The position numbers and the translations under genes were made by a program. A DNA stretch of 40,096 nucleotides from a virus (lineage: Duplodnaviria > Caudoviricetes), in the IMG/VR virus record IMGVR_UViG_3300028585_000041, positions 1-40,096 of that record; one strand, given 5' to 3'. Positions within the stretch are counted from its first letter, which is position 1. Each line of letters starts with the position of its first letter. Below, piece after piece: positions 35,142 through 40,096 of the stretch. The notes beneath the pieces are model-generated. The model saw nothing but the letters and a program-made list of their open reading frames with translations. It was not told the origin of the DNA and made no database searches.

Positions 35142-36004
35142 GCTTGAAAGTGATCACGTGGGTGCTGTACGAGGCGCCGGTGACGACGCAGTCGCACCTG
35201 CTCGTGCTACTCGCCCTCGCCGACCGGGCGCACGACGACGGCACGGCCGCGTATCCGGCACGGGAGTGGATCGCAGATCGGGCCCGCTGCTCGGTGCGGA
35301 GTGTGGCGTCGCATCTGCGGGCGCTCGAGGACGAGGGGCTGATCCGGAAAGGCGACCAGGAGCTGGTGTCGCACTTCCGCGCGGACCGTCGTCCGGTGGT
35401 CTACGACGTCGTCATGACGGCAGGCAAGACCTGCACCCCGTCGGTTCACGACGTGCAATCTGACGAGTCACGGGGTGCGAGATCGCGTACTCACGACGTG
35501 CAACCTGTTGCACACAAACCGTCCCTCTTCTACTACGTAGAAGAAACCGTCCAGAACCCGTCCATCGCGCGCGTGCACGAAGCGTTCGAGGAGGCGTGGA
35601 GGGCGTGGCCGAAGCACGACAAGAAGAAGCCGGCACAGGAGAAGTTCGCGCGGCTGGTCAAGGCGAAGACCATCACGCTCGAAGCGCTCGTCATGGCGGT
35701 GAAGGCACATGGGGCCGCGTACCAGGTCGGCGGCTGGTCGGAGCAGTTCGTGCCCGGTCTCGTGCCGTGGCTGAACCAGGAGCGGTGGAACGACCCGCTC
35801 CCGCGACCGCGTCATGGACGCATGCAGGAACGACAGGACGACACCCTCGCGCTGATCGCGCGGATGGCTGAGGAGGACGCACGAGATGAACAAGCAGGAG
35901 ACGGCCGCGCTGTTGGCGTGGGCGCAGGGCATCGACAGCCGGCCGCTGACCGAGTTCTCGGCGCGGGCGTGGCACCAGCTCATCGGTCAGATCAGCTTCG
36001 ATGA
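35138..36004 (+). CDS. Replication initiator (HTH Rep, lambda O-like)
   Basis: LVLLALADRA..DG...YP....IA...CS.RSV...L..LE..GLI; C-terminal FEEAW.AWPK and WLNQERWND. Confidence 0.85.
   Translation: MSLKVITWVLYEAPVTTQSHLLVLLALADRAHDDGTAAYPAREWIADRARCSVRSVASHLRALEDEGLIRKGDQELVSHFRADRRPVVYDVVMTAGKTCTPSVHDVQSDESRGARSRTHDVQPVAHKPSLFYYVEETVQNPSIARVHEAFEEAWRAWPKHDKKKPAQEKFARLVKAKTITLEALVMAVKAHGAAYQVGGWSEQFVPGLVPWLNQERWNDPLPRPRHGRMQERQDDTLALIARMAEEDARDEQAGDGRAVGVGAGHRQPAADRVLGAGVAPAHRSDQLR
35433..35544. repeat. Putative replication origin (iterons plus AT-rich inverted repeat)
   Basis: TCACG(AC/GG)GTGC at 35446, 35468 and 35491; inverted partial copy 35433-35441; TCTTCTAC-tac-GTAGAAGA at 35526-35544. 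Confidence 0.7.
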
Positions 36005-36236
36005 GGCGCTGGCGGTGGTGCAGCAGCACTACCGCGAGGAGCACCGGTGGATCATGCCGTCGGACGTCCTCGACCGGTGTGGGCGGCCGCGGAAGGTGCA
36101 GGGCCTCGACGCGACCGCCGAGCTGCTCGCCGAGCAGAAGCAGGCGTGGTGCGAGCTGCACGGTGTGACCGTCGAGGAGTTCGACGAGCACGAGGGCGAC
36201 GAGGAGTGGCTGTCCGCGGTGATGCTCCGTGGATGA
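35886..36236 (+). CDS. Helicase loader/inhibitor (SPP1 G39P-like)
   Basis: MNKQETAALL...AW..L...FDEA..VV..HY.....IMPSDV; between Rep and DnaB. Confidence 0.7.
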   Translation: MNKQETAALLAWAQGIDSRPLTEFSARAWHQLIGQISFDEALAVVQQHYREEHRWIMPSDVLDRCGRPRKVQGLDATAELLAEQKQAWCELHGVTVEEFDEHEGDEEWLSAVMLRG

Positions 36237-37536
36237 CGTGCAGCAGTTCGACCAGCTCGCCGAGCAGACCGTCGTCGGCGCGATGCTCCTCGACCGGGAC
36301 GCCATCTGGGCGGCCCTCGACATCCTGACGCCGGCGGACTTCTACCACCCGAAGCACGAGCACATCGCCCGGGCGATCGCCACCCTCGCCGAGCGGGACG
36401 AGCCGTCGGACACCATCGCGGTGATCAACGAGCTCGAGCAGAAGGGCCTCATCAAGCAGGTGGGCGGCGACGCGTACCTGTTCCAGCTGACGTCCCTCGT
36501 CGCGACGACGGCGAACGTGGCGTACCACGCGGACATCGTCCGTCAGAAGGCGATCCGTCGTCGGCTGCAGCAGGCCGGAATGCGGATATCGCAGATGGGC
36601 GCCGCGACCGAGGGCGACCCGCTGAAGCTCGTCGACGAGGCGCAGCAGACCCTCGAGGTCGTCGCGAAGAACACCCGCGTGGAGGTGCACCCGGTCGGGG
36701 ACACCATCGGCGCGACGATCGATCGGCTGCAGGAGAAGCCGGAGTTCATGTCGACGGGGTTCGAGTCCCTCGACAAGCTGATCGGCGGTCTCGCCGGCGG
36801 GAACCTCGTGGTCATCGGGGCTCGGCCGGGCGAGGGGAAGACGATCTTCGGGATGAACCTCGCGACGATGCTCGCCCGCCGCGGCATGGTCGTCTACGTC
36901 TCCCTCGAGATGTCGGAGGACGAGCTGCAGCTGCGTCTGATCTCGCAGTTCGGTGAGGTCCACATGAAGTCGCTGCGGAACCACACGCTGAACGACGAGC
37001 AGTGGAAGCGGGTCGCGATCGCCAGGCAGAAGATGCAGGGCGCGCCGATCTTCATCGACGACCGGTCGACGACGCTCGCCGAGATGCGGGCGTTCATCCG
37101 ATCGGTGGCGCGGCGCGGGCAGCTCGCCGGCGTCGTCGTGGACTACCTGCAGCTCATCGAGGGCGCGACGCAGCAGCAGTCCCGGCAGGAGTTCGTGTCG
37201 GAGCTGTCGCGGTCGCTGAAGAAGCTCGCGAAGCAGCTCGGCGTCCCGGTCATCGCGCTGTCGCAGCTGAACCGTCTCGTCGAGGGGCGGAAGTCGCGGG
37301 TGCCGATCCTGTCGGACCTGCGTGAGTCGGGGTCGATCGAGCAGGACGCCGACGTGGTGCTGCTGCTGTCGTACGACCGGAAGACGCCGGCGGATCTGAC
37401 GGTGGCGGTGGCGAAGAACCGGCATGGGGAGAACGGGGAGGTGTCGTTGATCTGGCAGGGCCAGTTCGCGCGCCTCAGGGACAGGACGTGGTCGCCGCAC
37501 GGTGCGGTGCCACTCGACGGAGCGGAGGCCGCCTGA
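36229..37536 (+). CDS. dnaB: Replicative DNA helicase
   Basis: GARPGEGKT, SLEMS, VVDYLQL, LSQLNR, DLRESGSIEQDAD, KNRHG. Confidence 0.95.
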   Translation: MDDVQQFDQLAEQTVVGAMLLDRDAIWAALDILTPADFYHPKHEHIARAIATLAERDEPSDTIAVINELEQKGLIKQVGGDAYLFQLTSLVATTANVAYHADIVRQKAIRRRLQQAGMRISQMGAATEGDPLKLVDEAQQTLEVVAKNTRVEVHPVGDTIGATIDRLQEKPEFMSTGFESLDKLIGGLAGGNLVVIGARPGEGKTIFGMNLATMLARRGMVVYVSLEMSEDELQLRLISQFGEVHMKSLRNHTLNDEQWKRVAIARQKMQGAPIFIDDRSTTLAEMRAFIRSVARRGQLAGVVVDYLQLIEGATQQQSRQEFVSELSRSLKKLAKQLGVPVIALSQLNRLVEGRKSRVPILSDLRESGSIEQDADVVLLLSYDRKTPADLTVAVAKNRHGENGEVSLIWQGQFARLRDRTWSPHGAVPLDGAEAA

Positions 37537-37745
37537 TGGGCGTGACGAGGACGAAGACCGAGACCATCGCCGACACGTGGGCGGACGACTTCGGCGGCGT
37601 GTCCGTCGAGGTCCGCGGCGTGCAGGCGCAGCTCGAGATCGCGGAGGCAGCGCAGTTCCGCGACGAGCTCGACGAAGCAATCAGCGCGGCACTGGCTTGC
37701 CGCATCGAGAAGGCCGCCCCGGCGGCAGGAAGCAGGACAGCATGA
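37536..37745 (+). CDS. Hypothetical protein
   Basis: Coupled at both ends. Confidence 0.55.
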   Translation: MGVTRTKTETIADTWADDFGGVSVEVRGVQAQLEIAEAAQFRDELDEAISAALACRIEKAAPAAGSRTA

Positions 37746-38026
37746 CCACCCAGCAGACCGTCCGCGTCTACTCGAAGCCGAACTGCATGCAGTGCCGGCT
37801 GACGGAGAAGTGGCTCACGGACCGGAAGGTCCCGTTCATCCACGACAGCGCCGAGGACGAGGGCGTGATCGCCGCCGCCCACGAGCTCGGCATCAGCTCA
37901 GCACCGATCGTCGTCGTGCAGACCCCCGACGAGGAGATGCCCGGCGGGTTCTCTGACCAGGCGTGGGGCGGCTTCCAGCCGTCCCTGCTCGAGCAGCACA
38001 TCAACACCAAGGAGTTCGCAGCATGA
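37742..38026 (+). CDS. nrdH: NrdH-like glutaredoxin
   Basis: VYSKPNCMQC...APIVV...WGGFQP. Confidence 0.85.
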   Translation: MTTQQTVRVYSKPNCMQCRLTEKWLTDRKVPFIHDSAEDEGVIAAAHELGISSAPIVVVQTPDEEMPGGFSDQAWGGFQPSLLEQHINTKEFAA

Positions 38027-38316
38027 CCACCACCATCAGCGACGCCGACGAGCGCCGCCTCAACCTCGCCGTGACGCAGCTCGCAGCCGTCGAGCAGCTC
38101 CACCACCGCACCGAGGAGGACGTGCTCCCGTTCGACTGCGTGGAGGGCGAGTGTGATCACGAAGAAGCCGAGCGGGGCGATGAGTGCCCCACCGTGAAGC
38201 TGGCGATCTGCCACCACTGCTTCGGCCTCATCCAGGAGATCGACCCCGAGCACTACGTTCCGTCGGACGTGCACTGGCCATGCGCCACCGCCAAGGCGTT
38301 CGGGGCGGTGGCCTGA
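38023..38316 (+). CDS. Hypothetical protein (CxxC...WPCAT)
   Basis: AAGGAG RBS; LH...CHHC...WPCAT. Confidence 0.65.
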   Translation: MTTTISDADERRLNLAVTQLAAVEQLHHRTEEDVLPFDCVEGECDHEEAERGDECPTVKLAICHHCFGLIQEIDPEHYVPSDVHWPCATAKAFGAVA

Positions 38317-38801
38317 TGGCCGGCGAGACCGTGATCACCGTGGTGGGGAACCTCACCGCAGACCCCGAGCTCCGGTACACGCAGAACGGCAAGGCGGTCG
38401 CGAACTTCACGATCGCCTCGACGCCGCGGACGTTCGACCGGCAGGCGAACGAGTGGAAGGACGGCGACGCGCTGTTCCTCCGCTCGAGCGTCTGGAACGA
38501 GCTCGCCGAGCACGTGTCCGGCTCGCTGACGAAGGGCTCCCGCGTCATCGCGCAGGGACGCCTTCGCCAGCGGTCGTACCAGGACCGCGAGGGCAACCAG
38601 CGCACGAGCATCGAGCTCGAGGTCGACGAGATCGGCCCGTCGCTCCGGTACGCCACCGCGGCGGTCTCACGGGCCACCAGCGGCCGAGCGGGAGGCCAGA
38701 CGGCTGACAACCCGTCCTGGGCCCCGCAGGGCGCTGAGCAGCCGCAGGCGGACACGTGGACGCAGCCGGGCGGCACGTACGACGACGAGACCCCGTTTTA
38801 A
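38316..38801 (+). CDS. ssb: Single-stranded DNA-binding protein
   Basis: [22 protein letters not shown]...; acidic tail DDETPF. Confidence 0.95.
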   Translation: MAGETVITVVGNLTADPELRYTQNGKAVANFTIASTPRTFDRQANEWKDGDALFLRSSVWNELAEHVSGSLTKGSRVIAQGRLRQRSYQDREGNQRTSIELEVDEIGPSLRYATAAVSRATSGRAGGQTADNPSWAPQGAEQPQADTWTQPGGTYDDETPF

Positions 38802-38817
38802 GCGAAGGGCGAAGATC

Positions 38818-39192
38818 ATGCACGCTGAGACTCCCGTCGCACTGACGACGGACCGGACGCTGACGCAGGCGGAACTCGACGAGGTGCTCGCCGACGTCCG
38901 CGACTACCAGTGGGGCCACCTTCCGAACCGGGTGCCCATGTTCTGGGGAGCCGGGGCCGACTGCCCGCACGGGCACGCAGATCCTGACCACCCGGAGCAC
39001 ATCGGGCACTCGTGGCCCGAGGGCGAGGTGCTGTGCCTGCTGCGCCCGGCCGGGTACGGCTGCTCCGAGTGCGAGAGCGACGACTGCGAAGCGGACTCCC
39101 GTCGCTCGTGGCTCGTCGACGACATCACCGCCCTCTGGTGGCTCGTCTCCACCGACACCGACACACCCTGGAACGAACGGAGAGCGGCATGA
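38818..39192 (+). CDS. Cys/His-rich hypothetical protein
   Basis: CPHGH, LC, CSEC; coupled to next gene. Confidence 0.6.
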   Translation: MHAETPVALTTDRTLTQAELDEVLADVRDYQWGHLPNRVPMFWGAGADCPHGHADPDHPEHIGHSWPEGEVLCLLRPAGYGCSECESDDCEADSRRSWLVDDITALWWLVSTDTDTPWNERRAA

Positions 39193-39845
39193 CCGACACC
39201 ATCGAGCTCGACGACGAGACCGCCCTCGCCCTCGCCGCCGCACGAGCACGCCGCACCCTTAACGACGCACCGGGCCTCATCGCGTACGCCCGCAGCCTCG
39301 CAGTCCCGTCCCTCGGCGTCATGAGCGACGGCATGCCCCGGGCCACGTCGAAGGAGGCGCCGCTCCCGTTCCGCGCCGACGCAATCGACGACACCGACGA
39401 CGCGTACGCCCGCATCGTGCAGTGGGTGACGAACTGGGCCGACCGCCTACAGGTCAACCCACCCGCGACCGTCGTCGTCGTGTGGAAGCGCGACGGACAG
39501 GAGCAGGGGTTCCGCGCCGAAGCCACCCCAGCCGGCGCCGGGCAGCTGGTGCAGATCCTCGTCACCTGGCTGCTCATCCGGTGGGACGCGATCCTCTCCG
39601 ACAGCGCCGGACCCGTGTTCATCGACGACGTGAACGACATCTTCCGAGCCCTGTTCGGCAAGTACCCGCGAGCACCACGACGACCCCGCGACGTCCACGC
39701 CCGCCAGTGCCCGGTCTGCGGGGAGCACGCGATCGGCGCGGTCTGGCACTCCGAAGACGTCCACGACGTCGCCGTGCAGTGCGAGGCATGCACCTACGAG
39801 GTCCCAACGAAGACGTACCAGCAGGTCCTGGATTGGATCGCATGA
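39189..39845 (+). CDS. Hypothetical protein with C-terminal Zn ribbon (candidate late regulator)
   Basis: CPVCG...CEAC; position at end of early arm. Confidence 0.7.
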   Translation: MTDTIELDDETALALAAARARRTLNDAPGLIAYARSLAVPSLGVMSDGMPRATSKEAPLPFRADAIDDTDDAYARIVQWVTNWADRLQVNPPATVVVVWKRDGQEQGFRAEATPAGAGQLVQILVTWLLIRWDAILSDSAGPVFIDDVNDIFRALFGKYPRAPRRPRDVHARQCPVCGEHAIGAVWHSEDVHDVAVQCEACTYEVPTKTYQQVLDWIA

Positions 39846-40036
39846 CGGCGGAGATCCTGACCCTCGACGCGGCGGCGAAGCGGATCCGCCGCAGCAAGCG
39901 GACCATCAAGCAGTGGGCCACCAACGGGATGGACACGGTGCTCTACGGAGGGCGCCGGTACGTCCGCCTCGACGTCCTCGTGCAGTACGCGGCAGAGCAC
40001 GGACGACGGCGAGGACGGGCCCGCGACTCGCCGTAA
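39842..40036 (+). CDS. Small HTH DNA-binding protein
   Basis: LTLDAAAKRIRRSKRTIKQW...G; ATGA coupling. Confidence 0.7.
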   Translation: MTAEILTLDAAAKRIRRSKRTIKQWATNGMDTVLYGGRRYVRLDVLVQYAAEHGRRRGRARDSP

Positions 40037-40096
40037 ACCTGAACTGCCCTCCCAGTGTGTACACTGGCGCTAGCGAACCTCCACGCCGGGTCACCG
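39971..40096. repeat. Terminal direct repeat, right copy
   Basis: Identical to 3-128. Confidence 0.95.

Noticed and set aside
37742-38026. NrdH without ribonucleotide reductase
   Set aside because: Common in actinophages; not novel
1-40096. CRISPR array, reverse transcriptase/DGR, intron, intein or transposase
   Set aside because: No spaced repeats, RT motifs, TR/VR pair, splice motifs or DDE genes seen; DnaB and TerL are of normal length
39971-40096. Biological terminal repeat
   Set aside because: Length is close to a common assembler k-mer, and it begins mid-gene; HNH/TerS organisation favours cos ends

Overview
The window is an apparently complete ~39.97-kb circular genome of a high-GC temperate siphophage of Actinobacteria, probably Microbacteriaceae (inference). 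Bases 3-128 are repeated exactly at 39971-40096, and the attP site is intact, so this is the excised or virion form. Gene order: structured late leader, small genes including an Acb2/Tad1-like hairpin protein, HNH, putative cos, TerS/TerL, portal, MuF-like protein, scaffold, capsid, head-tail connectors, tail tube, -1 frameshifted tail chaperones, tape measure, minor tails, lysis cassette (M15 peptidase plus three membrane proteins), SGNH-esterase tail protein with a coupled partner, an accessory island, attP matching the 3' half of a tRNA (likely Lys-CTT), tyrosine integrase, ImmA/ImmR-type immunity, Cro, Xis, and a recombination/replication arm (RuvC-like, YqaJ, Bet, Rep with iterons, G39P-like, DnaB, NrdH, SSB). 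The most interesting candidate system is the accessory island beside attP. It carries a Wzy/O-antigen-ligase-like polytopic membrane protein and small Cys-rich proteins, each with its own leaderless promoter, next to a polysaccharide-deacetylase-type receptor-binding protein. This suggests surface-glycan conversion or receptor masking in a Gram-positive host. All functional calls come from motif recognition by eye; no database searches were run.
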